This document shows, piece after piece, positions 18,155-26,485 of a stretch of 64,000 bases of DNA. The position numbers were made by a program, and so were the translations under genes. Source of the stretch: an uncultured bacterium (lineage in GTDB: Bacteria > Lernaellota > Lernaellaia > Lernaellales > Lernaellaceae); contig CAZHPN010000005.1 in the NCBI GenBank assembly GCA_964534375.1, forward strand, positions 2,676 through 66,675, given 5' to 3'. Position 1 is the stretch's first letter. Every line of letters begins with the position of its first letter. The notes beneath the pieces were generated by a model that was not told the origin of the DNA, did no database searches, and was given only the letters and a program-made list of their open reading frames with translations.

Positions 18155-19145
18155 TGCGGCCACGCCGTTGCGCCGCACGCGGACCTATACGGCCGCCGAA
18201 CTGGAAACGATCCGCGCCGTGCGCGAACGCGCCGCGGTCTGGATCAGAGCCGAGGCGGGGCGCTCGATGCGCTCGATCGCGGCCGGGACCAATTACAGCT
18301 ATCCGAGCATCTCGCTTTTTCTCGCGGAAAATTACGACGGCAACAATGTGGCCGTCGCGCAATCGATCGCCGCGTTTCTCGATCGCGAGGAAAACGTCAT
18401 CGAGGTCAAAATCGAGTTGGAGCCGGTCGAGTTTCCCTCATGGAAGACCGTCATCAAGGCCCTCGATATTGCGAAACGCGAGCGCAGCCTCGCCGACATT
18501 TACGGCGACCCGGGCGTCGGCAAGACGTTTCCCGTGGAATTCTTCGCGGGCGAGGACCCCGAATTCAACGTTTTGCTCCGCACGACGGCCGGCATGCACA
18601 GCCTGCAAGCGTTTCTCGCCATCCTCAACGCGCGGCTGGCCAAGACCCAAACCATCGTCTACAGCCGTCTGGAGAAAATGGCGGATGAAGTGATTAATTC
18701 GCTGATCCGCAAGCCGCGGTTCATCATCGTCAACGAGGGGCAGCGCCTCAGCTTCGACGTGTTCGATTTCGCCTGCGACGTGCAGGAAGCCGCCGGTTGC
18801 GGCATCGCTTTCGTCGGCCATCCGATCATGCACGACAAGATCGTCGCGGCCGAACGGCACGATTCGCAGACCTACGATCGCGTGGATCGGCGCATCTCGC
18901 ACACCGAAGTCAAACGCGGCAAAATCGAGCCCGACCTGATGGGCGAACTCGTCCGGCAAATCCTGCCGGAGATCACCGACGACGCGCTTTCGTTCCTCTG
19001 TGATGAAATTCTTTTTCCGCAAATCGGCCACGTCGTTGCGACTTGCCAACGCGCCAAGACGCTGGCCGCGTTGAGCAAAAAAGGCCGGAAACAAGATCGG
19101 GCGCTGATCGTCTCTGCCGCCGCCGACCGGAAGGGAGGCGCGTGA
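18135..19145 (+). CDS. MuB-like AAA+ ATPase (transposition target-DNA activator)
   Basis: Walker A GDPGVGKT; Walker B-like FIIVNEGQ. Overlaps the transposase stop, which is the typical A-B arrangement. Confidence 0.8.
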   Translation: MTMTETNAATPLRRTRTYTAAELETIRAVRERAAVWIRAEAGRSMRSIAAGTNYSYPSISLFLAENYDGNNVAVAQSIAAFLDREENVIEVKIELEPVEFPSWKTVIKALDIAKRERSLADIYGDPGVGKTFPVEFFAGEDPEFNVLLRTTAGMHSLQAFLAILNARLAKTQTIVYSRLEKMADEVINSLIRKPRFIIVNEGQRLSFDVFDFACDVQEAAGCGIAFVGHPIMHDKIVAAERHDSQTYDRVDRRISHTEVKRGKIEPDLMGELVRQILPEITDDALSFLCDEILFPQIGHVVATCQRAKTLAALSKKGRKQDRALIVSAAADRKGGA

Positions 19146-19402
19146 TGGCCCCTGAGCGCGCCGAATTCCGGCGGTTTTTGTGGCGAAACGGCGGCGTTTT
19201 CTGCACCTATTATCGCCCCGGGCGAGAGCAGAAAACGGGAATCGAGCCGACGACGGCCCCCCGCAAGCCCAGCGTTTTGCTTGCCATTCTCGGCGCGCTG
19301 ATCGCCTGCGGCGCCCTCGGCACGATGCAGAGCGGTTATTCCTATGGCGGCCTTTTCGTGTTCGTCATCGGCGCGTTTCTCGTATGGAGGAACCGGCCAT
19401 GA
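19145..19402 (+). CDS. Small membrane protein
   Basis: 85 aa from the internal ATG overlapping the MuB stop; one or two TM helices (VLLAILGALIACGALG...LFVFVIGAFLVW). Confidence 0.35.
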   Translation: MAPERAEFRRFLWRNGGVFCTYYRPGREQKTGIEPTTAPRKPSVLLAILGALIACGALGTMQSGYSYGGLFVFVIGAFLVWRNRP

Positions 19403-20088
19403 CCAGTGAACAGCGAACAGCGAACAGTGGTCAGTTCCCGGATATCGACGCCGTGCTCGCTCGCGCCGACGCGCTCGAACGCGCCAGCGCCGATCTGCTC
19501 GCGAAGGCCCAGGAAACCGCGCGGAAACTCGACGCGGCGAACAATCGCCAAAGCGCGGCAGCCAGCATCCAATGTCCGAAATGCGGCGAGACGATCAAGC
19601 CGGTTTTTTATATCGGCGGGACCGCGACGCGCGAAAACCCCACCGTTATTGATCTTTCGCCGACCGCAACCTTCGGATGCGACGCCTACCAGGTCTGGGA
19701 AGAATGGAAATTCACGGTCGTCACGGCGCCGAAAATCGAGGGGTTGGAAATTCCGAAGGCCTGCCCGTCGTGCAAAAAGCCGATCGATTCAATCGGCATC
19801 GGCTTTTCGGTGCCCGACGACGACGGCCTCGGGCCGACCATGATGTGCCCCGAGTGCAACGACGAAATTTGTTATGCCGTCGGCTGGACCATTTTTCATG
19901 CCGGCTCGTACACGATGCACTCGCCGCGCCGCTGCAAATCCTGCGGCTGCACCGATGACAACGCCTGCGTCGATGCCGACGGCGAGGCCTGCGCCTGGTG
20001 CGAAGACGAGCCCGACCTTTGCACCGCCTGCATGAGCAAACAAAACCAGGCCGCCGAAGCCGCCGAGGAAGCCCATGAAACGCTGTAG
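19399..20088 (+). CDS. Multi-zinc-ribbon protein
   Basis: 229 aa with at least 4 CxxC pairs (CPKCGE, CPSCKK, CPECND, CKSCGC ... CAWCEDEPDLCTAC). The coding sequence starts inside a heptamer repeat. Confidence 0.5.
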   Translation: MTSEQRTANSGQFPDIDAVLARADALERASADLLAKAQETARKLDAANNRQSAAASIQCPKCGETIKPVFYIGGTATRENPTVIDLSPTATFGCDAYQVWEEWKFTVVTAPKIEGLEIPKACPSCKKPIDSIGIGFSVPDDDGLGPTMMCPECNDEICYAVGWTIFHAGSYTMHSPRRCKSCGCTDDNACVDADGEACAWCEDEPDLCTACMSKQNQAAEAAEEAHETL

Positions 20089-20260
20089 ACGCCTGCTGGC
20101 GATTATCCTGATCGCCTTCGCGCTGGCCGCCGGCTTCGTGGCTGCACTGATCTATTTGCTCGGCGAAATTATCACCATTCCGGCGCTGATCGGCGGAATC
20201 ATCGGCGTCGGAATTTTCGCGGCCGGCTGCGCCGGCGCGCGCAAACTTTGGAGGAACTGA
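20075..20260 (+). CDS. Small two-TM membrane protein
   Basis: 61 aa, LLAIILIAFALAAGFVAALIYLL ... IGGIIGVGIFAAGCAG. Confidence 0.35.
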   Translation: MKRCRRLLAIILIAFALAAGFVAALIYLLGEIITIPALIGGIIGVGIFAAGCAGARKLWRN

Positions 20261-20793
20261 TGGAAGCTCAGGAAATCGGCCTGCCGGCCGACGTGAAAAA
20301 ATGGACCAATGACGATCTCAACGAGGCGCTGCGCCGCATTTGCGAACGCCAACTCGCGCTGCGCCAGGCGGAAATCGCCTACGACGTGGCGCTGAAAAAG
20401 GCCAAGGAAAAGCTGGAGGCCTCGAAGAAAATCGAGAACGACGGAATCAAAGGCCTCAAGGCAAAAATCAAAAAAGCGTCCGAGCGGTTGCGCACCGCCT
20501 GGGAAAACAAATCGGTCAAGTTTTCCTGGGGCCGGGTCGGGTTCCGCGACACGCCGCGCCATTTGACGCTGATCGACGGCCGCAACGAAAACGACGCAAT
20601 CGTCATGCTCGAAGGTCTCGGCGTCGCCGGCGCGGTAAAGATCGAAAAACGCGTCGTCTTGGAAGTGCTCGAACGCCAAGCCGACAATGTCATCACCGCG
20701 GCCGGCTATCGCCGGGTCGATTCGACCGAGCGCTTCGAAATGAAAACGAAAATCGAAATCGAAGACGAAGAACCGAAGGTCAAGGAGGCGTAA
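20260..20793 (+). CDS. Mu Gam-like host-nuclease inhibitor (DNA-end binding) protein
   Basis: ATG 20260 with a GGAGG RBS (the track starts at TTG 20248). Coiled-coil N-term; the C-term segment FSWGRVGFRDTPRHLTLIDGRNENDAIVMLEGLGVAGAVKIEKRVVLEVL aligns with the Mu Gam C-terminal region as I recall it. Confidence 0.55.
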   Translation: MEAQEIGLPADVKKWTNDDLNEALRRICERQLALRQAEIAYDVALKKAKEKLEASKKIENDGIKGLKAKIKKASERLRTAWENKSVKFSWGRVGFRDTPRHLTLIDGRNENDAIVMLEGLGVAGAVKIEKRVVLEVLERQADNVITAAGYRRVDSTERFEMKTKIEIEDEEPKVKEA

Positions 20794-20795
20794 CG

Positions 20796-21278
20796 ATGGA
20801 AAAGAATCTGGCGCAAAGCCCGTGCCTGATTTGCGGCGCGCCCAAGCCGCCGGGCGACGTTGTCGTCGAAGCTCGCGGCTGGACGAGCGGCTATGGCATG
20901 ACGTCGGCCAGCCTTTGTTCGACGTGCTCGACGGCCGTTGCCGACCCCGCCAGACGACAGAATATTCTCGCGGACATCATTTGCCGCACGGACACGAACA
21001 TCACGCGTCTGGCCGGCGTGCTTTGCGAGGCCGGCATTAACGATTATCTCCGCTCGAAGGTTGACGGCGTGGCCGATGCCGCGCGTCGATTGGCCGGTCA
21101 GTTCGGCTCGAAGATCAGCCCCGATGAGGAAGACGAGGCCGAGGCCGAAGACCTGTCGGAGCCGCCCGCTGCCGCCCGCAAATGCCGGAGCTGCGGCGTT
21201 CATTTCGTCGAGGAACATTTGTGCCCGCGGTGCGTGCTGAACGCGCCGGCCGCGGCCGTGCCCGACGATCGCGATTGA
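20796..21278 (+). CDS. Zinc-ribbon protein
   Basis: 160 aa. CLICGAP...CSTCST and CRSCGVHFVEEHLCPRC motifs; GGAGG RBS. Confidence 0.4.
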   Translation: MEKNLAQSPCLICGAPKPPGDVVVEARGWTSGYGMTSASLCSTCSTAVADPARRQNILADIICRTDTNITRLAGVLCEAGINDYLRSKVDGVADAARRLAGQFGSKISPDEEDEAEAEDLSEPPAAARKCRSCGVHFVEEHLCPRCVLNAPAAAVPDDRD

Positions 21279-21280
21279 GG

Positions 21281-21637
21281 ATGACGACGATGATGATCTG
21301 CCAGTGCTGCCACGGCGAAAATCACACCGACGTTTTCACCTGCGCCGATTGCGGTCACCGGGTATGCTCGGGCTGCATCCGCGCCTGCGACGCGTGCGGA
21401 CGGTCGGCGTGCTCGGATTGCATCGTCGGCGGCGATCCGTCCCTCTGCCGAATTTGTCAAGACATTTGCGATGCATGTATGGAGCGCGCCGACTGCCCGG
21501 GCTGCCCCGAAACGCGCGCCGAAGTGCCGGCGAATTGCCCGTACAAATACGATCCGGAGGCCGCCGCGCCGGACCCCGACGATGAGGATGCGATCGATTG
21601 GTCCTATTTGTCGAAGGAAGGCCAGGAGTCTTTTTAA
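21281..21637 (+). CDS. Cys-rich multi-zinc-finger protein
   Basis: 118 aa with ~20 Cys in CxxC/CxxxC arrays (CQCCHGENHTDVFTCADCGHRVCSGCIRACDACGRSACSDC...). Confidence 0.4.
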   Translation: MTTMMICQCCHGENHTDVFTCADCGHRVCSGCIRACDACGRSACSDCIVGGDPSLCRICQDICDACMERADCPGCPETRAEVPANCPYKYDPEAAAPDPDDEDAIDWSYLSKEGQESF

Positions 21638-21873
21638 TGAGCACCACGCGCACCTGGTCGAAGGGCATCCGCGGCAGCACCGGGACGACGGTCGTTTGCG
21701 ACACGCCAGGCTGCCGAAAGTCCGTGTACGTGAAAAAGGGCGGCCGGATCGCGGCCGAGCGATACGCCATGTGTCGGAATTGGTCGATTCTGGTTGGCGA
21801 CAAACATCAACATTTTTGCCCGGGCTGCACAGCGCAGCGCGACGCGGAAATGGCGGGGGCGATTCCATTTTGA
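21637..21873 (+). CDS. Small zinc-binding protein
   Basis: 78 aa, CDTPGC ... CPGC; start overlaps the upstream stop (TAATG). Confidence 0.4.
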   Translation: MSTTRTWSKGIRGSTGTTVVCDTPGCRKSVYVKKGGRIAAERYAMCRNWSILVGDKHQHFCPGCTAQRDAEMAGAIPF

Positions 21874-21973
21874 ACGGAGTGGCGCAGACAGGAAGCGCGC
21901 GGCGAACCTGGGGCCGGGATGAAACCGACCCCAGACTTGGCCGAGGTCGCGGGTTCGAATCCCGCCTCCGTTC
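21873..21973 (+). tRNA. tRNA-like element, unusually long (101 nt), anticodon ambiguous
   Basis: Perfect 7-bp acceptor stem (AACGGAG / CTCCGTT). Canonical D-arm (U8 G9, GCGC stem, loop AGACAGGAA with G18 G19). Canonical T-arm GCGGGTTCGAATCCCGC. ~27 extra nt sit in the anticodon/variable region, including a 9-bp hairpin with loop GATGAAA. Confidence 0.5.
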
Positions 21974-22012
21974 CTCGTTATCCGATGGGCGCGTTTTAAC
22001 CAGGGGAGCGAT

Positions 22013-22459
22013 GTGACCAAGGTCGATGCGAGCCAACTGGCGCTCTTTGCCGCGCCGCAACTGCCGCCGGGCTTGTCTGCCGACGAGCGGCGCGTTGCGG
22101 AGGCGCTCCGGAAGCATTGCGGCAAAGCCCAGGCGGCGGCGCGATCGTCGCTGGCGCAATCGTTGAAACTCGACGATCGCGAACTGCGGCGCATCATCGC
22201 TTCCCTGGTTTCGACGCGCGGCCTGCCGATCGCGGCGCGCGCCTCGAGCAACGATTTCCCCGGCGGCGGCTACTACTGGATGACGCGTCCCGACGAAATC
22301 GCCCGCGAAAAAAGCAAACTGACCCACTACCTGACTTCGATCGTCGCGCGCCTGCGCGGCCTCGTGGGCGGCGCCGAAGCCGCGGCAATCCTTGGCCAGC
22401 TTTGCTTGACGTTCGGGCCGCACAAGGCCCCGCAGGGCGCGGAGGGCGCGAAATCGTGA
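22013..22459 (+). CDS. Hypothetical phage early protein
   Basis: 148-aa ORF, GTG start, normal composition. Confidence 0.4.
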   Translation: MTKVDASQLALFAAPQLPPGLSADERRVAEALRKHCGKAQAAARSSLAQSLKLDDRELRRIIASLVSTRGLPIAARASSNDFPGGGYYWMTRPDEIAREKSKLTHYLTSIVARLRGLVGGAEAAAILGQLCLTFGPHKAPQGAEGAKS

Positions 22460-22677
22460 AACTGCGCAAGTCCGACCTTTACAGTGGCTGGTGCCCGTTT
22501 TGCGGCGCCGGATTCTTCGGCCACGTCTCGAACAAAAAATACCGCCAACGCAAATGCGAGACCTGCGGATCGATGCTCTATCCGGCGGACAAACGCGCAA
22601 TGCATGGCACGGTTCCGCACGCGCTGACGGTCGAGATCAGGCCGCCGAAGGGCGAGATCAGGATGAAAACGAAATGA
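22456..22677 (+). CDS. Zinc-ribbon protein
   Basis: 73 aa from the GTG overlapping the upstream stop; CPFCGAG ... CETCGS. Confidence 0.35.
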   Translation: MKLRKSDLYSGWCPFCGAGFFGHVSNKKYRQRKCETCGSMLYPADKRAMHGTVPHALTVEIRPPKGEIRMKTK

Positions 22678-23378
22678 TCGACCGCGACGCGATCCTCGAA
22701 AAAATCCGCAAGCTGATCGCGTTGGCCGGCAACAATCCCGACCCGGCCGAGGCCGCGCTCGCGGCCGGCAACGCGCGATCGCTGATGCTCGAACATGACC
22801 TGGCCGAGGCCGACCTCGGGAAGATCGCCGGCGACGTGCGCAGCGAGTATGTGGGCGAGAAAAAAGAATGGCCGGTTTGGCAGTCGATGCTTTTTACGGC
22901 CGTTGGCGAACATCTGAATTGCCGCCCATTAGTCGAACGCGCCGGTTGGGCGGATCGGTTGATTCTGGTCGGCCGGTCGAGCGACATCCAGGTTGCTCAA
23001 TATCTTTTTACGTTTTTGCTGCGCCAGGTGGCCGGTCTCGGGAACAAATATAAACACCTGCACCCGCGCATGAAATGGGCCTCGATCCGGGAATATTACG
23101 TCGGCGTCGTGTCCGCGATCGCGGCGAAATTTGCTGACGAAAAGCGCGGCGACGAACGGCTGCATTCGGAGCCGGGAACGGCGCTCGTCTTGGCTAAAGA
23201 CGCGGCGATCGACGAATTTTTGAAGCGCGAAGGTTGGACGATCACGAGGCGCGGACAATACAAATCGTGCAGCCGCAACAAAATGGCGCTGCTTGAAGGC
23301 ATGCTCGCCGGCTCCCAGATCGACATCCGCGCCGGCGTCGCCGGCGACGGCCGCAACGCAGGGGTGCTCAATGGCTAA
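22674..23378 (+). CDS. Phage protein with DUF2786-like N-terminal domain
   Basis: 234 aa from internal ATG 22674 (the upstream track portion is Arg-rich). ILEKIRKLIALAGNNPDPAEAALAAGNARSLMLEHDL matches the DUF2786 signature. Confidence 0.5.
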   Translation: MIDRDAILEKIRKLIALAGNNPDPAEAALAAGNARSLMLEHDLAEADLGKIAGDVRSEYVGEKKEWPVWQSMLFTAVGEHLNCRPLVERAGWADRLILVGRSSDIQVAQYLFTFLLRQVAGLGNKYKHLHPRMKWASIREYYVGVVSAIAAKFADEKRGDERLHSEPGTALVLAKDAAIDEFLKREGWTITRRGQYKSCSRNKMALLEGMLAGSQIDIRAGVAGDGRNAGVLNG

Positions 23379-23697
23379 TCTCATCAGCCCGGAATTTTCA
23401 CCACGCGACGAGCGCAACAACGTCGCGCTCGAAGGCGAGGTCGCCGGCATGCAGCAGCGGGCCAACGGACGCGGCGTGCCGATCGCGCTGTTTACGCTTT
23501 ATCACAAACACACGGGCGCCGATCGCCGCGACGCGTTTTCCGTCGTCGCGACCGGGCCGGCCGCCGCCAACTGGATTCGGGTCAATTTGCGCGAGGGCGA
23601 CCGCGCGGTCGTGCGCGGCAAGCTCATTCACACGCAGCCGCAGATGGCCGCGGCCCGCGTCGAAATCGTCGCCGGGCAAATCGAGGTGATAGAGTGA
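23371..23697 (+). CDS. OB-fold single-stranded DNA-binding (SSB)-like protein
   Basis: 108 aa. NNVALEGEVAGMQQRANGRGVPIALFTLY ... WIRVNLREGDRAVVRGKL follows the SSB OB-fold pattern. Confidence 0.45.
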   Translation: MANLISPEFSPRDERNNVALEGEVAGMQQRANGRGVPIALFTLYHKHTGADRRDAFSVVATGPAAANWIRVNLREGDRAVVRGKLIHTQPQMAAARVEIVAGQIEVIE

Positions 23698-23945
23698 TAT
23701 CACAAACCGCCGCCGCCGATATCGGCCACATCGGCACGGAAAGCCTGAAAACAAAGGGTTTCAGCGCGCACGATGCCAACAATAATGGCCGGGTTATCAA
23801 TTGGGAGGGCCGTTGCCCATTTTGCGATAAAGCCGTTTCCGGCGTTCGGATCAACGGCCAGCCGGTCTTTAGAAACTGCCCCAAATGCGGCGCGCTGCTG
23901 CACCTGGTCACAGGCGTCGCGTATCACAAGGAGGACGAAGCATGA
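23694..23945 (+). CDS. Zinc-ribbon protein
   Basis: 83 aa, CPFCDK ... CPKCGA. Confidence 0.4.
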   Translation: MISQTAAADIGHIGTESLKTKGFSAHDANNNGRVINWEGRCPFCDKAVSGVRINGQPVFRNCPKCGALLHLVTGVAYHKEDEA

Positions 23946-24271
23946 CGGTGACGAATCTGAATAACGCGAACCCCGAACTCGATCTGGCGACCCTGATCCT
24001 CGAAAAGTGCAAACGCGGCGTGCACTGGAATCTGGCCGATTACGCCGAGCTGGTCCGCGACATCGGGCAGATGGCCGGGCAGGCGTCGGGCCTCGATCCG
24101 GATCCGATTTCGAAGGAAGGCCTGGCGATCGGCAGCGGCCTGATCGGCGCGGCGGCGGCGGCGATGGCCGCGCACGCCGGCGCGAAGGTCGCGCCGCGCG
24201 CGTTCGGCATTGCGATCGCGCCGAAACCGGCCGTGGCCGCGGCGCCCGCGGCGGCGCAACCGGCGAAGTAA
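23942..24271 (+). CDS. Hypothetical phage protein with Ala-rich C-terminus
   Basis: 109 aa from the internal ATG. Confidence 0.4.
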   Translation: MTVTNLNNANPELDLATLILEKCKRGVHWNLADYAELVRDIGQMAGQASGLDPDPISKEGLAIGSGLIGAAAAAMAAHAGAKVAPRAFGIAIAPKPAVAAAPAAAQPAK

Positions 24272-24334
24272 ACCTTTTCCCTCGGCCCCTTTCCCGCCGC
24301 CGGGAAGGGGGCTGGGGCGCGGAGCGAGAATCTG

Positions 24335-25084
24335 ATGCCGCAAGCGAAACGCCAACAAACGCTGGGGCTCGGCGATGAGACCTTCGGCAAATACAACCGC
24401 GCCCGGCGGCACTATGAATCGCTGCTCGTGAAGCACACCGGCGAGCCCGCGGCCGTCGTTAATGCATTCGTCAAAGCCGAGTTAATCGCCGTTCAAACGG
24501 GAAATAAAGACGGATCGTCGAAAGACCTGGACGACGAAGGCTGGCGGGCGGTGCTGAACGAAATGGACCGGCGCGTGGGCATGGCCGAGCGCGGCGAGCC
24601 CGGCGCGCTCAGCCCGATTGCGAATGGCGAATCGCGAATGGCGAATGTCGGCCGGCCGGAATCTGCGAAATCTGTGAAATCTGCGGATGGCTCGGGATCG
24701 TTCGACCCCGGCCGCAACCCCAGCGCCCTCGCGACGGCCGCGCAGCGCGGCGCCATTCAGAAGCTCGCGGCCCGCGTCGGCATGACCACCGAAGATTTGC
24801 AGACGATGTGCGAGAAGCGTTGGCGCTGGCGCATCGCCGGCCGGCGCTGGCAGGCCTCGAATCTGATCGAGGCGTTGAAGTCGATCGTGTATCAGGATCT
24901 GCAACTCGGCGAGCGCGTCGCGAAGCTCGACCGCGACGGCCTGTTCGGAGCCGATCGTGATTTGCTCGACGATTTTCTCGCGACCGCGAAACCGAACGCG
25001 CTGAAAATCGGCGCGATTCTCTGGGCGGCCGACCTATGCGACCGGTTCGAGATTCCGCTCGCCCCGCGCGAGGACGCGCAATGA
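24335..25084 (+). CDS. Hypothetical phage protein containing nucleotide tandem repeats
   Basis: 249 aa. Internal (GCGAATG/C)x4 and (AATCTGYGA)x3 repeats encode ...IANGESRMANVGRPESAKSVKSADGS... Confidence 0.45.
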   Translation: MPQAKRQQTLGLGDETFGKYNRARRHYESLLVKHTGEPAAVVNAFVKAELIAVQTGNKDGSSKDLDDEGWRAVLNEMDRRVGMAERGEPGALSPIANGESRMANVGRPESAKSVKSADGSGSFDPGRNPSALATAAQRGAIQKLAARVGMTTEDLQTMCEKRWRWRIAGRRWQASNLIEALKSIVYQDLQLGERVAKLDRDGLFGADRDLLDDFLATAKPNALKIGAILWAADLCDRFEIPLAPREDAQ

Positions 25085-25305
25085 CCCTCCGCGACGCCGA
25101 ATTGCTGCCGGCCGCCGAAATCGCGGCGCATTGCGGCGTCGAGGTTCCCACTGTGCATCGTTGGGTGCGCGAGAAGAAAGTCCGCCGCGCCGGCGGCCTC
25201 GGCAAGGCGATGATCTACCGCCAGAGCGTGCTCGATTTTCTCGGCTCGCCGAACCCAACGCGGCAGCACGTCCTCCGCAAAGCGAAAAAAAAGGCGCCGC
25301 CGTGA
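25081..25305 (+). CDS. Small HTH DNA-binding protein at the early/late junction (candidate late-operon activator)
   Basis: 74 aa; AEIAAHCGVEVPTVHRWVREKKV is HTH-like (AlpA/excisionase-type). Last gene before the AT-rich junction. Confidence 0.5.
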   Translation: MTLRDAELLPAAEIAAHCGVEVPTVHRWVREKKVRRAGGLGKAMIYRQSVLDFLGSPNPTRQHVLRKAKKKAPP

Positions 25306-25470
25306 AAAATTTTTTGATCTGATTCGCTGATATTGATGCTGATTTGATACCATTCGTGAACATCATGTAACGCGAGACGAATGTCAATTTACTTGCAATT
25401 AGCGGTTTGCCCGGCGCAAAATATCTCAACTCGTTAGTCGATCTCTTGAAGGTTTTCAGTTCAACCAGGT

Positions 25471-25496
25471 CCGGGCCGGCTGGGCGGCCGGCCCGG
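25471..25496 (+). promoter_or_regulatory. GC hairpin (10-bp stem CCGGGCCGGC / GCCGGCCCGG) immediately upstream of the first late gene
   Basis: Follows a ~130-nt AT-rich segment (25306..25440) that is unique in this GC-rich phage, and precedes the RBS GGAAACGGAGAG. Confidence 0.35.
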
Positions 25497-25518
25497 GCCG
25501 CAGGAAACGGAGAGCAAA

Positions 25519-25767
25519 ATGACGCAAAGCACCGCGAAGGAAGCCGAGGCGGGACAGGCCGTGGCGAAATTGCTGGCGGCCTCGACCCCGGAAAAGCCGG
25601 TCTGGAAATCGAAGAAATTCTACGGCTCCCTGCTGACCGGCCTCGGCCTGCTGTGTTCGCATCTGCCGTTCCCCTGGGCCGCGCCGGTCGGCCAGGCGCT
25701 CTCCGCCGCCGCGGGCTTGTTCACGATGGGCCAGGGCATGGCCGATTGGGGCAAGAACGCGCAATGA
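25519..25767 (+). CDS. Small membrane protein (holin-like candidate)
   Basis: 82 aa; hydrophobic segment YGSLLTGLGLLCSHLPFPWAAPVGQALSAAAGLF; first gene of the late region. Confidence 0.4.
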   Translation: MTQSTAKEAEAGQAVAKLLAASTPEKPVWKSKKFYGSLLTGLGLLCSHLPFPWAAPVGQALSAAAGLFTMGQGMADWGKNAQ

Positions 25768-26066
25768 CGCCGCGTCTCGCCGTTGCCCGTTTCGACCCGA
25801 AACGCCTGCCGTTCGCGCGCCCCGATCGCGTTGTCTTGGCGGTCGGCTTGGTGCTGATTGTCGTGCTGCTGATCGCGGCGCATTGCGTCGGCCGGCGGCC
25901 AGCGTTCGCGGCGGAACATGCAGGGGCGCCGCTTGCCGCGCCCGCGACCAACGAACCCGAAATGACCCCGATTCCCGAAGCCGACCTTTGGCCGAATACG
26001 TGGGTTCGCGCCGCCGCGCGTCTCGACGCCGAACGCGCCGCGCGCCGCGCGAGGCATCACCAATGA
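25764..26066 (+). CDS. Membrane-anchored protein (spanin-like candidate)
   Basis: 100 aa from the ATG overlapping the upstream stop; TM helix RVVLAVGLVLIVVLLIAAHCV. Confidence 0.35.
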   Translation: MTPRLAVARFDPKRLPFARPDRVVLAVGLVLIVVLLIAAHCVGRRPAFAAEHAGAPLAAPATNEPEMTPIPEADLWPNTWVRAAARLDAERAARRARHHQ

Positions 26067-26485
26067 TCCCGACGAGCGATGTCATCCGCGCTTGGGGAAA
26101 CCTCGGTCTGGCGAGCGCCTTGGCCCTCGCCGTGCTCGCGCTGGCCGGAGCGTTGATTTACGCGACGCTGAGCTTCGTCAAGCGTCAGGCAGCGGCACAG
26201 GCCGCACAAACGGCCATCCTGCGCGACTCGCAGAACGTCCAGGCCGATTTGTGGCGCAAGGCCATCGAGCAGTTCACCGCGGGCCAGAAGGCGATCGCCG
26301 ACGGCCTGACGACGCAGACGGCCGCGATCAGTCACCTGGCGCAGTCCGTCGGCGCCGATCAATTGAACGACATTCGCGCCGGCGCGGCGGCGATGGCGCA
26401 TGAAACGCAACGGCAGACCGAACGCCTCGCGGGCCTCGTCGATCGGCTCGCCGGCCGCGTGGAGGCCTTGGAGAAAAATGAATAA
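26063..26485 (+). CDS. Membrane-anchored coiled-coil protein (spanin-like candidate)
   Basis: 140 aa; N-terminal TM helix followed by a long helical domain. Confidence 0.4.
   Translation: MIPTSDVIRAWGNLGLASALALAVLALAGALIYATLSFVKRQAAAQAAQTAILRDSQNVQADLWRKAIEQFTAGQKAIADGLTTQTAAISHLAQSVGADQLNDIRAGAAAMAHETQRQTERLAGLVDRLAGRVEALEKNE

Noticed and set aside
21873-21973. tRNA-like element as a possible integration (att) site remnant marking a phage boundary.
   Set aside because: The element sits mid-operon inside a transposition-type phage whose true ends and TSD are identified elsewhere. No direct-repeat partner of the tRNA 3' half was seen.
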